From the IMG/VR virus record IMGVR_UViG_3300034117_002447, positions 1 to 64,000 of that record: DNA of 64,000 bases; one strand, written 5' to 3'. Position numbers and translations under genes: made by a program. Each line of letters opens with the position of its first letter. The first letter of the stretch is position 1. Below the pieces are notes generated by a model that did not search any database, was not told where the DNA came from, and worked only from the letters and a program-made list of their open reading frames with translations. Below, one piece after another: positions 46,276 to 55,678 of the stretch.

Positions 46276-48258
46276 TTACTTAAATGATAAGTTTTCTTCT
46301 TTGGCTTTATGAGTAATCACCAATTTATCACCATCTTTAATCTTTCCGTCGATAAAGGCCTCTGCTATAAGATCTTCTACGTGATTTTGAATAACTCTCT
46401 TTAGTGGACGAGCTCCAAATTTAGGGTCATAGCCATTTTCAATTAAGAATTCTTTTGCCTGTTTAGTCAACTCAACAGTGTATCCATTTTCCTTAACTCT
46501 AGCATACAGGTCTAAAAGTTCAATTTCAACGATCTTAGTAATATCTTCTTTCTTAAGAGTCTCGAAGATAATAATATCATCTAGTCGATTGATAAACTCT
46601 GGTGCAAACTGCTTACTAACAGCCTTCTTTAGAACGCTTGCTGCGATCTCTTTCTGCTTTTCAAATTGATCAACAGCTGACGAGAATCCAATACCTCCTC
46701 CAAAATCTTGCAATTCCTTAACTCCCAAATTAGAAGTCATAATAATCACAGTATTTTTAAAATCTATTTTACGACCAAGCCCATCAGTTAAATGGCCTTC
46801 ATCCAATACTTGAAGTAGAGTGTGAAAAATATCAGGATGAGCTTTTTCGACCTCGTCCAATAGAACTACTGAATAGGGTTTACGCTTAACTCTCTCAGTA
46901 AGCTGACCACCTTCATCGTATCCAACGTATCCTGGAGGAGCTCCTATTAATTTAGTCGACGTAAATTTTTCTCCAAACTCAGTCATGTCTATTCTGATTA
47001 ACGAGTCCTCTGAGTCGAACATGAATTTTGCAAGCTGCTTTGCCAATTCGGTTTTACCAACACCAGTTGGGCCGAGGAACATGAAAGTCCCAATTGGTCT
47101 ATTTTTAGACTTAAGCCCTGCTCTTGATCGCTGGATTGCTTTTGTTAATTTGACCACTGCTTCAGGCTGACCGATTACTCGATCCTTTAACCAGCTTGCC
47201 ATATTAGCAAGTCTTTCAAGCTCAGAACCTTTGAGTCTAGTAATTGGAATTCCAGTAATTGCGGCAACTACTGATGCGATATCTTCTTCTGAAACATTTA
47301 GGCGATTCACCTTTAATGATTCTTCCCATTTTGATTTTTCTTCGTCAATTTCTGACATTACCTTAAGTGCTTCGTCTCTCAATTTAGCAGCCGCTTCGTA
47401 CTGTTGTCCATCTACTGCCTTTTGTTTGCGTTCGCTTACCTCAACTAATTTTACCTCAAGTGACTTAATTTCTTCAGGTACAACTACTCCGTTTATGTGA
47501 ACTGCTGAGCCAGCTTCGTCCATTAAGTCAATCGCTTTATCCGGTAGAAATCTGTCCTGTAAGTATCGATCACTGTAGGTAACGCAAGCATCAAGTGCTT
47601 CGTCAGTGTATCTTACTGAGTGATGGTCTTCGTACTTCTGGCGTATATTCTGGATGATCTGGCGAGCTTGTTCTGGCGTAGATGGATCTACCATCACTTG
47701 CTGAAATCTACGATTCAGGGCACCATCTTTTTCAATAGATCCTCTAAATTCGTCAAGCGTTGTTGCACCAATACACTGAATCTGTCCACGAGAAAGTGCA
47801 GGTTTCAGGATATTCGCCGCATCCAATGATCCGCTAGCTGAGCCAGCTCCAATTAGGGTATGAATCTCATCTATGAATAGGATAACATGCGGATTTTGTT
47901 GAACTTCGTCAATTATTTGTTCCATTCGCTCTTCGAATTGACCTCTGTACTTTGTACCTGCTACTAAATTCGCAAGCTCAAGAGTAACGATCTTTTTATC
48001 GAATAGAACTCGTGGACAAGTTTTGTCAATGATCATTTTTGCAAGACCTTCGACGATGGCAGTTTTACCAACTCCAGGCTCTCCAATCAAGAGAGGATTG
48101 TTCTTTTTTCTACGTGCGAGTATTTGACTGCAACGCTTTATTTCTTTTTCCCTACCAACGACTGGATCTAACTTTCCCTCAATAGCTAATTGAGTAAGAT
48201 CTTTCCCGAACGAATCGAGCATTGGAGTTTTTCCGGTTTTGTTGTTTTGTTTTGCCAT
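46276..48258 (-). CDS. clpC: ClpC-like AAA+ ATPase lacking the N-terminal domain
   Basis: GEPGVGKT, GTKYRGQFEERM, IDEIH, UVR-type M-domain (QQYEAAAKLRD), GPTGVGKT, LDEVEKAH and GARPL motifs. Confidence 0.9.
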   Translation of the reverse strand: MAKQNNKTGKTPMLDSFGKDLTQLAIEGKLDPVVGREKEIKRCSQILARRKKNNPLLIGEPGVGKTAIVEGLAKMIIDKTCPRVLFDKKIVTLELANLVAGTKYRGQFEERMEQIIDEVQQNPHVILFIDEIHTLIGAGSASGSLDAANILKPALSRGQIQCIGATTLDEFRGSIEKDGALNRRFQQVMVDPSTPEQARQIIQNIRQKYEDHHSVRYTDEALDACVTYSDRYLQDRFLPDKAIDLMDEAGSAVHINGVVVPEEIKSLEVKLVEVSERKQKAVDGQQYEAAAKLRDEALKVMSEIDEEKSKWEESLKVNRLNVSEEDIASVVAAITGIPITRLKGSELERLANMASWLKDRVIGQPEAVVKLTKAIQRSRAGLKSKNRPIGTFMFLGPTGVGKTELAKQLAKFMFDSEDSLIRIDMTEFGEKFTSTKLIGAPPGYVGYDEGGQLTERVKRKPYSVVLLDEVEKAHPDIFHTLLQVLDEGHLTDGLGRKIDFKNTVIIMTSNLGVKELQDFGGGIGFSSAVDQFEKQKEIAASVLKKAVSKQFAPEFINRLDDIIIFETLKKEDITKIVEIELLDLYARVKENGYTVELTKQAKEFLIENGYDPKFGARPLKRVIQNHVEDLIAEAFIDGKIKDGDKLVITHKAKEENLSFK

Positions 48259-48285
48259 ATACAGTTATTATACTCTTTTTAAGTG

Positions 48286-48909
48286 TTAATCCCACCAACC
48301 TTTCATACCTGATCCATCAAACCAATTGTCCCAAGCTGAATCTTTGTCAGTTGACTTGTCTGCAAACATGGTAAATTGAGTTCGGTTTTGCCCTTGTAAG
48401 ATGGCCCATAGTTCAGACCATTCAGTATCTTCGATTTCACGTGCTCTATTGAAAACTTTACGATTGTGCTCTTTTTCCTCTGGAGTATCGTTGTCGACTA
48501 ATTGAGAATATCCAGGTTTGTCTGGAACCGCTTCGAACTCCCATTCATGATGAATAATTTCGCCCAGTTCAGCCTCAGCCATTTCAATATAATTATCTTG
48601 ATTGTAATTCTTAATAAGTTCAACTGCTCTACGCATCTTAGCAACCTTCTTTAGCCTAGGCCCGTCTACTTCAAGACCTCGCTTCTCAAGATTGTCAGCT
48701 ATGTGAGTTAACGCAATCTCCATGAACTGTAGAGAGCCATGATGGTCCCACCAGTAATGACCGTTTAGTGCCTTTTTAAAACGCCAAACGTTTTTAACGA
48801 AACGCCCGATATCGTACCGAAAAAACGAGTAGAATTTATAAATTTTACTTTCATGCCACCTGAGACGCTTTAAGCTATCTCCGAATGTATCTGCGAATTT
48901 TACTTCCAT
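48286..48909 (-). CDS. hypothetical protein
   Basis: 207-aa ORF, WWD C-terminus. Confidence 0.75.
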   Translation of the reverse strand: MEVKFADTFGDSLKRLRWHESKIYKFYSFFRYDIGRFVKNVWRFKKALNGHYWWDHHGSLQFMEIALTHIADNLEKRGLEVDGPRLKKVAKMRRAVELIKNYNQDNYIEMAEAELGEIIHHEWEFEAVPDKPGYSQLVDNDTPEEKEHNRKVFNRAREIEDTEWSELWAILQGQNRTQFTMFADKSTDKDSAWDNWFDGSGMKGWWD

Positions 48910-49175
48910 TATTGTATTGAGTCTATTTTTGGGGGTTTAACTGATTCTGTATCGCAATGTGATTTTTTACAAGGTTTAATAAAATATACGGTGTCAGGCT
49001 TTACTTCAACCTCAACTCGCTTTTCAACGTAAACTGTGTCAATTTTAGAAGAGCTCGCGAATGGAACTTCTTTAGAGTTTCTTGATCTAGCTAATACAGT
49101 TCCAATAGCAACCATTAGTATGATCGTAATAACTGGAGATAGTCCAAGTAGTGATAGTTTTGTGTATTTAGTCAT
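48909..49175 (-). CDS. predicted membrane protein
   Basis: N-terminal hydrophobic helix; DTVY repeats. Confidence 0.65.
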   Translation of the reverse strand: MTKYTKLSLLGLSPVITIILMVAIGTVLARSRNSKEVPFASSSKIDTVYVEKRVEVEVKPDTVYFIKPCKKSHCDTESVKPPKIDSIQ

Positions 49176-49611
49176 CTAATCTTTGAATTAACGTTTGTAA
49201 TGAGTGCTTTACATTTTTACTAAAAGTTCTTTCCATCTGCTTTCTACGGTCCTCCACTTCATTTACGAAAGCTGTGTATAATTGACGGTAAGCCTTTTGT
49301 GAAAGTTTAATGTTGTATCCAAATACATGATTAATAATAACTAATTCGTATTCTTCTAAGATTAATAGGATGTTATTTGCATCATTTTTTACAAAGTATC
49401 GGTTGCTAATTGGACTTATTAGTAATTCGCTGTCCTTTTGTAAAATCATCTTTCTAAAAAGAATTGAGGCATCTCGATCCGATGAATTTTCTTCAGCTCT
49501 TATTACATCAAGTGGATTAAATAATCGGGTCATTTTAATACCGACTCTTTGAAAAATGCGCTTAGCTCTATGTTTAATAGCACCGACTCTATCTGAATTG
49601 TGTGTTTTCAT
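49168..49611 (-). CDS. hypothetical protein
   Basis: 147-aa ORF after the TAGTATAATA motif (49617-49626). Confidence 0.7.
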   Translation of the reverse strand: MKTHNSDRVGAIKHRAKRIFQRVGIKMTRLFNPLDVIRAEENSSDRDASILFRKMILQKDSELLISPISNRYFVKNDANNILLILEEYELVIINHVFGYNIKLSQKAYRQLYTAFVNEVEDRRKQMERTFSKNVKHSLQTLIQRLDD

Positions 49612-49634
49612 AAGATTATTATACTACTAATTTA

Positions 49635-50018
49635 TTAACCTAGTCCGTTTACTATATGATTTAACAAATCATCAGCGGTCGCTCTTGATTTAGGAAGCTC
49701 ATATTCAACAAAATCAGTTGAACATCGACTCTCCTCAACACATTTCCATAAACTTGGAATATCGTAACAAATAGGTGTTCCATCTTTGTCCCATGCTTGA
49801 TTAGGATCGGCTCCTACTGAACTGTCTCTTTCATAAAGAAACCACGAAATCCAGTCTTCGCCTTCTTCTCCATAATAGGCTCTAAGCAGTAGAGACCGTA
49901 ATGACGAATATGAATCGCTAAACTCGATTAAATCAACTCCCATTTTGTACAGGGCACTGATTTTTTCGTCTTGTTCTTTAATTTGGTTTATTACCTTCTC
50001 GAATACTTCCAGCTTCAT
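49635..50018 (-). CDS. hypothetical protein
   Basis: DWISWFLYE motif; operon context. Confidence 0.7.
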   Translation of the reverse strand: MKLEVFEKVINQIKEQDEKISALYKMGVDLIEFSDSYSSLRSLLLRAYYGEEGEDWISWFLYERDSSVGADPNQAWDKDGTPICYDIPSLWKCVEESRCSTDFVEYELPKSRATADDLLNHIVNGLG

Positions 50019-50226
50019 TTAGGATAATTTTAGATTGGTTTTCTATTTGTTGAACGTATTCTTCAAGGATCGTCTCCATTCCTGCTGCAATTAATTCAGT
50101 TAATTCTTCTTGTGAATTGACCATTCCCATTTGTTGAGCAAGTGCTAGGGCTTGAACTGTTTCGATTGCACCAGTTCTAGCTATTGTTTGGATTAATCCA
50201 AGTTCGGCATTTGTGTTTTCTGACAT
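49978..50226 (-). CDS. hypothetical protein
   Basis: 82-aa ORF after the AGTACAATAT motif. Confidence 0.6.
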   Translation of the reverse strand: MSENTNAELGLIQTIARTGAIETVQALALAQQMGMVNSQEELTELIAAGMETILEEYVQQIENQSKIILNEAGSIREGNKPN

Positions 50227-50251
50227 AGTATTTGTTTTTTATATTGTACTC

Positions 50252-50824
50252 TTAATCCTTTAAAAATTTTAAGATTTTATCCTTTATTCCAGACTGCTTA
50301 ATGCCTTCCATTCGCTTTGGTGTAAGTACGAAATTATCTAAGGCCCACACATCTTTCCAACTCTCGCCGCTTTTACCCATGTTTAAGTCGTCAATTGCAA
50401 CCCAATGAGTTATTTCAGGATGATCGTGTAAGTACTGCTTAATTTCAATAGATCTTACTTGTTCAAGATCCCAATCCGGTGACCAGATAAAAATACTTCC
50501 ATGCACAGTACAGTCCTTTAGGTCTGGGGTAAATGCGATCGGCTTTTTACAGATGCCCTTTGATTCATAATACTCGCCCATTTCTTCAACGGTCGCCCAA
50601 CGTGTCCAATCTGAACTTACTACAATTTCAGCATCAGTCTGCTTTATAATATCGTTAAGTATTGAAACTGCTTTCTGATTAAAGTTGTCAAATCTAAACT
50701 CAACTGGATTGTCTTTAGTATTAATTTGCATCGCAGTCTTAGACCTTTTAGTCTTCTTAAATCGACTTCCCCATTCAGTAGCTAGGCAAATAACTCCATC
50801 ATGGTCTAAAAAAATTACCTTCAT
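50252..50824 (-). CDS. HAD-superfamily protein (SAK-2-like)
   Basis: VIFLDHDGVI, IVVSSDW, GI...P...TP and WVAIDD motifs. Confidence 0.85.
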   Translation of the reverse strand: MKVIFLDHDGVICLATEWGSRFKKTKRSKTAMQINTKDNPVEFRFDNFNQKAVSILNDIIKQTDAEIVVSSDWTRWATVEEMGEYYESKGICKKPIAFTPDLKDCTVHGSIFIWSPDWDLEQVRSIEIKQYLHDHPEITHWVAIDDLNMGKSGESWKDVWALDNFVLTPKRMEGIKQSGIKDKILKFLKD

Positions 50825-51081
50825 TAGTTACCTTGATTTGCATCATTTTTGACGTACTCCAGCATTTGAGGAGTCGCTGCGATTAATTCAAATTCCTGAT
50901 CAGTTAATCCAAATTCAGGATCCTCTTCTAATTCTTTTCGTAGGTGGTCGTAGTCTGCAGCGCTAGGCTCTTCAAAGAACCCACAAAAATGCAGAACGTA
51001 CATTTCATTCTTTTTATCGTCTCGTCTTACTGCAACTATTCCGTGAGTAATGTCCTGGACGGTTTTATCCTCTGAGCTCAT
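50824..51081 (-). CDS. hypothetical protein
   Basis: Tightly packed operon ORF. Confidence 0.65.
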   Translation of the reverse strand: MSSEDKTVQDITHGIVAVRRDDKKNEMYVLHFCGFFEEPSAADYDHLRKELEEDPEFGLTDQEFELIAATPQMLEYVKNDANQGN

Positions 51082-51361
51082 ATACTGAATTTTCTGTTTT
51101 AAATTTTACAAACTCAAACCTGCCGTCCGAGTCTTTGCGCTCTTCTAGAATTTCAGTTACTACAGTAGTCAACCAATAGTCTTGAGCTGAATAGGATCTG
51201 GCAGTAACTGATCCAACTAGGAGAGAGCATCCAACTACTGGAATTGAGTCAACTACCTCTTTGTAGGTACGATCTTCGTTCCATGCGATTGCTTCAACTC
51301 GAGCTCCTCGTTCTTTGAACTCTTCTCGTCCGTCTGGGTGTATTTTAATTAAAGTCGGCAT
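51065..51361 (-). CDS. hypothetical protein
   Basis: W.TT.VTEI...F.T.NSVYEL pattern of small phage proteins. Confidence 0.7.
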   Translation of the reverse strand: MPTLIKIHPDGREEFKERGARVEAIAWNEDRTYKEVVDSIPVVGCSLLVGSVTARSYSAQDYWLTTVVTEILEERKDSDGRFEFVKFKTENSVYELRG

Positions 51362-51593
51362 TGTTTTCTAGATTTTTTTGTATTCGGTCGTACATTTTAT
51401 CGTCAATCTTATCTCTAAGGTTACGGTAAATAAGTATTCTTAAACTGGTTGGATACTTTGTTCTTTCGAGCTTTTTGTCAAATAGATCAATTAACTTTCT
51501 AGCAACACTTTCCTGCATGGGATGCGTGCATGATGCAATAATATTTTCTATCCAGACAATAATATCCCCAGGTTGGTTACTTCTTGCGGCCAT
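51345..51593 (-). CDS. hypothetical protein
   Basis: Operon ORF. Confidence 0.65.
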   Translation of the reverse strand: MAARSNQPGDIIVWIENIIASCTHPMQESVARKLIDLFDKKLERTKYPTSLRILIYRNLRDKIDDKMYDRIQKNLENNADFN

Positions 51594-51611
51594 AATTAAT
51601 GGATTTTTTTT

Positions 51612-51953
51612 TTAATTAACTGAGGTCGTTAAACCGTCAGCCTTCTTTGAAGCGATAGGTTTTCTTGAGTGGCGAAATTTAACACCTTCGTCAGTAATCG
51701 TTACGTAGCACTGTTGACCTTCCAAGTTTTCAACAACCCAGCCAAAACAGCCTTGATCTGCGCACTCTACCAATATTTTGCGAGCATCCGCTGATTCAGG
51801 TAATTCTACAATTTCTCCAGTTTGATAGATTAACCATTTTCCAGGTTTATCAACAAATACGGTCTTTGAATTTTCTGCCGTTATTATCGGCATTTGTGCA
51901 CTTGCTGAGATGGTGATAATTGCACATACCATCGATAAAAATAAATTTTTCAT
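51612..51953 (-). CDS. predicted secreted protein
   Basis: Signal peptide MKNLFLSMVCAIITISASA-Q. Confidence 0.65.
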   Translation of the reverse strand: MKNLFLSMVCAIITISASAQMPIITAENSKTVFVDKPGKWLIYQTGEIVELPESADARKILVECADQGCFGWVVENLEGQQCYVTITDEGVKFRHSRKPIASKKADGLTTSVN

Positions 51954-51955
51954 GT

Positions 51956-52177
51956 TTACGAGTTTAAATTGTTAATTGTGTCTACTAAGTCGTTGATAAC
52001 GCTCTTTGCTCCATTTAATCTTACCATTTCCTGGAAAATTGGGCCGTTGCAATTCTCTTCAAAAAAGACTATTATATTTTCTTTGCCTGAACTCATGAAG
52101 TCGTATGCTTGCTTAATAAGCACTGCCTCATACAAGTCTTCTTTGTAGTCTATTTTATCTAGTCCCATAATATTCAA
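51956..52177 (-). CDS. hypothetical protein
   Basis: Operon ORF. Confidence 0.55.
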   Translation of the reverse strand: MNIMGLDKIDYKEDLYEAVLIKQAYDFMSSGKENIIVFFEENCNGPIFQEMVRLNGAKSVINDLVDTINNLNS

Positions 52178-52400
52178 ATGTTATTGTGTCTCCAGCCTTG
52201 CAGTGTTCTCTGCATGCAACCGTATCTCCATTCGTCAATACTGCTCTATATCGTGGAGACATTTCATCGTGAATTGATATTGGGGTCTTTTTAAAGGTAC
52301 GTACCACCTTGTACTTTTCAATTCGAATTGGTTCCGGTTTGTTATAACCGCAGCTTGTTACCAACAAAGCCACGATTAAGAGACTAGTGTAGTATTTCAT
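52155..52400 (-). CDS. predicted lipoprotein
   Basis: Lipobox-like LLVTSC after a hydrophobic stretch. Confidence 0.65.
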   Translation of the reverse strand: MKYYTSLLIVALLVTSCGYNKPEPIRIEKYKVVRTFKKTPISIHDEMSPRYRAVLTNGDTVACREHCKAGDTITFEYYGTR

Positions 52401-52669
52401 TGCTCAACGAAGTTTTCTTTTGTGATTGCTAGGATTCGGTTTCTTTGAGAGGTCGTCAGCATATTGCGGTATTCCCACATCCAAGCCAAAGCCTTTCCAA
52501 TTTCCTGTTCCATGTAGGAGGTGCCGCTGTTAAATAGATCCTCAGGATTTTTTGAAACATCGTCCTCTTCAAGTTCTTCTTTTAAATCTTCGTACATTTC
52601 TCGCTTTTCACGAGATGATAATTCCGATAAGATATCAGAAACGTCTACGTCTACTTCGAATGTTGCCAT
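52397..52669 (-). CDS. hypothetical protein
   Basis: First gene after the TAGTATATTA motif (52695-52704). Confidence 0.7.
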   Translation of the reverse strand: MATFEVDVDVSDILSELSSREKREMYEDLKEELEEDDVSKNPEDLFNSGTSYMEQEIGKALAWMWEYRNMLTTSQRNRILAITKENFVEQ

Positions 52670-52715
52670 AAGTATATTTTTTGTTTATTACTTATAATAT
52701 ACTAATAAAAACAAA

Positions 52716-52741
52716 AAAAGTCCCACAAAAGTGAGACTTCA
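52716..52741 (-). terminator. intrinsic terminator
   Basis: AAGTCTCAC-TTTT-GTGGGACTT stem followed by a T-run on the minus strand. Confidence 0.8.
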
Positions 52742-52762
52742 AAAAAAAAAAATGATGAATCG

Positions 52763-53155
52763 TTAATTTGACTTAAAAATCATACCCACTGCAATTCCGA
52801 CAACTGCCGTTACTATAATCCATAGTATTTTAGTTACAGTAGATTTCCATGACATAAGCTCCTTATGTTCATCCAATATTACTTGATAAATTCTAGCCTC
52901 CTCTTCCTTCCTTTTACGAAATTCAGTGTTCTTATTTACTCTAACGACAATACCGTCTTCAGGATCAAGCAGCTGCTTTTTGATCTGTCTCAGATCTTCG
53001 TGCATGTCCTCTTGGGAAGATTCTAAACCTTCCATTCTCTCTTGAATTATCTTAAGTTCGCCATTTGGCAATTTGGCCTTGATTACGTCGAGCGCATCAA
53101 GTATGTCGTTCATCATAGTATCGACATCTTGGTTATTTCTAGTTCTACCGCTCAT
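52763..53155 (-). CDS. coiled-coil protein with C-terminal transmembrane helix (XhlA/holin-like)
   Basis: Heptad region, then KILWIIVTAVVGIAVGMIF. Confidence 0.6.
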   Translation of the reverse strand: MSGRTRNNQDVDTMMNDILDALDVIKAKLPNGELKIIQERMEGLESSQEDMHEDLRQIKKQLLDPEDGIVVRVNKNTEFRKRKEEEARIYQVILDEHKELMSWKSTVTKILWIIVTAVVGIAVGMIFKSN

Positions 53156-53176
53156 TTGATTAGCAAGAAAAGTTTT

Positions 53177-53473
53177 TTAGAATCCGCCGTTTTCGTCGGT
53201 GTGTGCTTCAATATCGTTAGCTGATGTTTCAACTTCAATATTAGGTTCATTGTCAGAAGTTCCTTCTTCTGAATCATCTTGCATGTGGTTTGGAACGTTG
53301 TGTTCAGTTTCTCCGCCTTCTACTTCTTCAGCTGGTGCTGGTAATAGTGCTTGATCTTCTCCGCCCTGTGGCATTTCAGCAGTATGGTCCATTTCGTGGC
53401 CCATTTCCTGACCCATTTCGCCTGTTCCTTGTTGAACGAATTCTTCGAAACTTAAAATTTTATTATTATGCAT
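53177..53473 (-). CDS. acidic low-complexity protein, capsid-targeting-like N-terminus
   Basis: KILSFEEFVQQ; late promoter at 53494-53500. Confidence 0.7.
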   Translation of the reverse strand: MHNNKILSFEEFVQQGTGEMGQEMGHEMDHTAEMPQGGEDQALLPAPAEEVEGGETEHNVPNHMQDDSEEGTSDNEPNIEVETSANDIEAHTDENGGF

Positions 53474-53507
53474 TTGTTTGAATAATTTGAGTTTATTTAT
53501 CTGTATA

Positions 53508-53531
53508 ACTGGAACATTTAGAGCCCCGCTC
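53508..53531. repeat. downstream arm of inverted repeat enclosing ORF 53542-54348
   Basis: ACTGGAACATTTAGAGCCCCGCTC is the near-reverse complement of 54426-54447. Confidence 0.85.
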
Positions 53532-53541
53532 AGGACTAATG

Positions 53542-54348
53542 TTACTCAGTTATGGAGGTTCCGCAATTAGGGCAGAATTTCCAACTTGATTTTTTGTGGC
53601 GAGTACCGCAACCTGTGCAATAAGAGCGAATTTCTCCCATTTCAACAGGTTTTTTACTTTCCGGTAGAATCTGCCACCTGACGGTTGTACAGCTCCATGA
53701 ATTGTATTGGCCGTCTGCATATTCGAAGTTTTGACTAGAGCTTTCGCCCTTTTCAATTCGACCCGTTTCCATCGACCCCGGTATTCCGGCTGGACCTTGA
53801 GGGCCGTTTGAACCTTGTGGACCTAGCGAACTTGCGCAGTAAAATGCATTAGCTGAACCTCCAATATTAGAAGTTAGCGTATGACCTGGCCACTGGTGAG
53901 TCGTGTACGTAAATGGCTGTTGCCAAATATTCGTACCTGAATTGCCGTTTAGCTGATAAGACGATTCATCATAGAACTGTACTTCGACCTTGCCGTTATC
54001 GGCGATTGCTCGAACAGTTCCAGTTGACGTATCAACGTCGTAAGTTTCAAACTTGAATTTTTTAGCAACATCCATAAATCTTTCAAGATAGACTCTCTGG
54101 CCTGGTTTCACGATAATTCCTGCATTCGATAACAGTTTCCCATTTATCCAGATTTTTGCAAGAACTGGTGTTGTTTTTGGATTGTGCAGTTCAATTTCAA
54201 AATGTGAACTGTCTTTTAGATAGACTGACTGACCGTAGGTCTTTAGTCTTCCCCTGCCCTTTGTTATGTGGGCAGTAGGTTGGGGTTGGCTGCTGAAAGT
54301 ATTAAATACTGCAGTTGAACCACCAGTTGTGATTGTTTGTTGGTACAT
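53542..54348 (-). CDS. hypothetical protein with beta-rich N-domain, short Gly-X-Y stretch and C-terminal zinc ribbon
   Basis: FEIELHNP...LAKIWING...V.PGQRVYLERF; GPQGSNGPQGPAG; CTGCG...FCPNCG. Confidence 0.85.
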   Translation of the reverse strand: MYQQTITTGGSTAVFNTFSSQPQPTAHITKGRGRLKTYGQSVYLKDSSHFEIELHNPKTTPVLAKIWINGKLLSNAGIIVKPGQRVYLERFMDVAKKFKFETYDVDTSTGTVRAIADNGKVEVQFYDESSYQLNGNSGTNIWQQPFTYTTHQWPGHTLTSNIGGSANAFYCASSLGPQGSNGPQGPAGIPGSMETGRIEKGESSSQNFEYADGQYNSWSCTTVRWQILPESKKPVEMGEIRSYCTGCGTRHKKSSWKFCPNCGTSITE

Positions 54349-54363
54349 AGTAGTTATGTTATT

Positions 54364-54447
54364 TTTTGCTCATCTATTTGTAACCTTTCGCGATTACTCA
54401 AGGGCTCGTAAACCCTAGACGAACAGAGCGAGGCTCTATGTTCCAGT
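54364..54447 (-). other. structured 5' leader with upstream inverted-repeat arm (54426-54447) and two hairpins
   Basis: Minus strand: ACTGGAACATAGAGCCTCGCTC, then AGGGTT-TACG-AGCCCT and GTAATC-GCGAAA-GGTTAC. Confidence 0.65.
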
Positions 54448-54487
54448 AATATTTAACTCAGAAAATTTAGAAAGTTTCTCGAGAAGA

Positions 54488-55384
54488 TTAAGCGATTGCT
54501 TTAAGTGAAATAGGTTCAGCAGTTCTCTTATCGTATACGTAAAGTGAATCTGCGATTTTTGTCTTTACCCAGTCCCCATTTTCTCCAATTGGGAGCTCGA
54601 CTGTATCTCCAGGATTTAGAGTTTTGGCAATCTTTCTGCCATCCGGTAAAATAATTCCCAATTTCAAGAATCGGTCTTCTCTAAAAGAATCACGGTTTAG
54701 GACACCATCAATTGTGCATTCAGTGAACTCTTTTAGGAATGGAATAAACACCTTAATTTTTCTACCAGCTGCGACTGAGTATTGTTGTTCTCCGCTAATA
54801 ACTGCTGGAGTATAGGCAGCTCTTCTTTCTGGGATTACTTGACCGTCTTCTGTAAGTTCAAATACGCTATTTACTGTCTCTTCTGGTAATTCATATACGG
54901 TAACTGATCCAGTTTTACCCTTTCTAGAAAGATGATTTTCCAAATCCATTTGAATATCTTTATGAGACATTCTGTGAGGGAGCACCTTGATTGTTGTAAG
55001 AACATCATCTGAAATATAGGCGAAAACTCGCTCGCCGATGTGAATTTTTTCAATCTCTCCACTAAATGATTTTACAGACATTGTTACTGGATAAGAGGTA
55101 CCCTCTATCTTTAAGAATGGTGCAACTACTGGTAGGGCTTTATGGCCTGATGGAAATTGAGTTCTCTCAATATGGTCTTGGCTCTTTTTAAATTCAGATT
55201 TAATAGCATCAATGAGTTGAGAGTAGACTTCGTTTATTTCAAATCCAGCTTCTCGAATAAATTGTCTCGCTGGCTTAGGTAAGTTAATTGACTCTAGATT
55301 ATAGATTCGTTGATCTATACGACCCTCTCCGTGAGAAGAGATTCGGGCTTCAGTTATGAATTGTGTAAATTTAAGTAACTTCAA
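54488..55384 (-). CDS. hypothetical protein, capsid-targeting-like N-terminus
   Basis: LLKFTQFITE; TATAAATA at 55408-55415. Confidence 0.75.
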   Translation of the reverse strand: MKLLKFTQFITEARISSHGEGRIDQRIYNLESINLPKPARQFIREAGFEINEVYSQLIDAIKSEFKKSQDHIERTQFPSGHKALPVVAPFLKIEGTSYPVTMSVKSFSGEIEKIHIGERVFAYISDDVLTTIKVLPHRMSHKDIQMDLENHLSRKGKTGSVTVYELPEETVNSVFELTEDGQVIPERRAAYTPAVISGEQQYSVAAGRKIKVFIPFLKEFTECTIDGVLNRDSFREDRFLKLGIILPDGRKIAKTLNPGDTVELPIGENGDWVKTKIADSLYVYDKRTAEPISLKAIA

Positions 55385-55423
55385 AATTAATCATTCTATT
55401 TGAAGTTTATTTATACGACTCGA

Positions 55424-55678
55424 CTACTTCCCTACGTATTCTGAAGGCAGATCTGCAGGTTTAAATACTCTACAGAAACCAAAATGGACCCATCGATTAA
55501 GGAAATCTACTGAGTATTCCTGCTTGTCGGTAGTGACCATTCCATTAATTGGATCGCTTGAGCCCTTAATTATAGTTTCATTAGGTTTGTCCTTTCTAGA
55601 AAAGACTATGATATTACCCTTTTTTAAATTTGCCATGTTGATTAAGTTAAGTACCCCAGGAGGGATTCGAACCCCCAT
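55424..55678 (-). CDS. hypothetical protein; true start likely ATG (MANLKKG) at 55636
   Basis: The ORF-track 5' end overlaps tRNA-Arg(ACG). Confidence 0.55.
   Translation of the reverse strand: MGVRIPPGVLNLINMANLKKGNIIVFSRKDKPNETIIKGSSDPINGMVTTDKQEYSVDFLNRWVHFGFCRVFKPADLPSEYVGK

Noticed and set aside
51604-52752. Homopolymer runs (T10 near 51604; A12 at 52741-52752) as phase-variation switches
   Set aside because: Both are intergenic, next to stop codons or a terminator, with no reading frame or promoter spacer to disrupt.
53508-54447. Group I intron or known ribozyme explanation for the stem-enclosed gene
   Set aside because: TAACATTAGTCC resembles an S element, but I found no matching R (GACTA) partner and no split exon. 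The CTGAGTA and TTGAGTA cores deviate from hammerhead CUGANGA.
55637-55678. ORF-track 5' extension MGVRIPPGVL of 55424-55678
   Set aside because: It is the T-arm and acceptor sequence of tRNA-Arg(ACG) read as protein.
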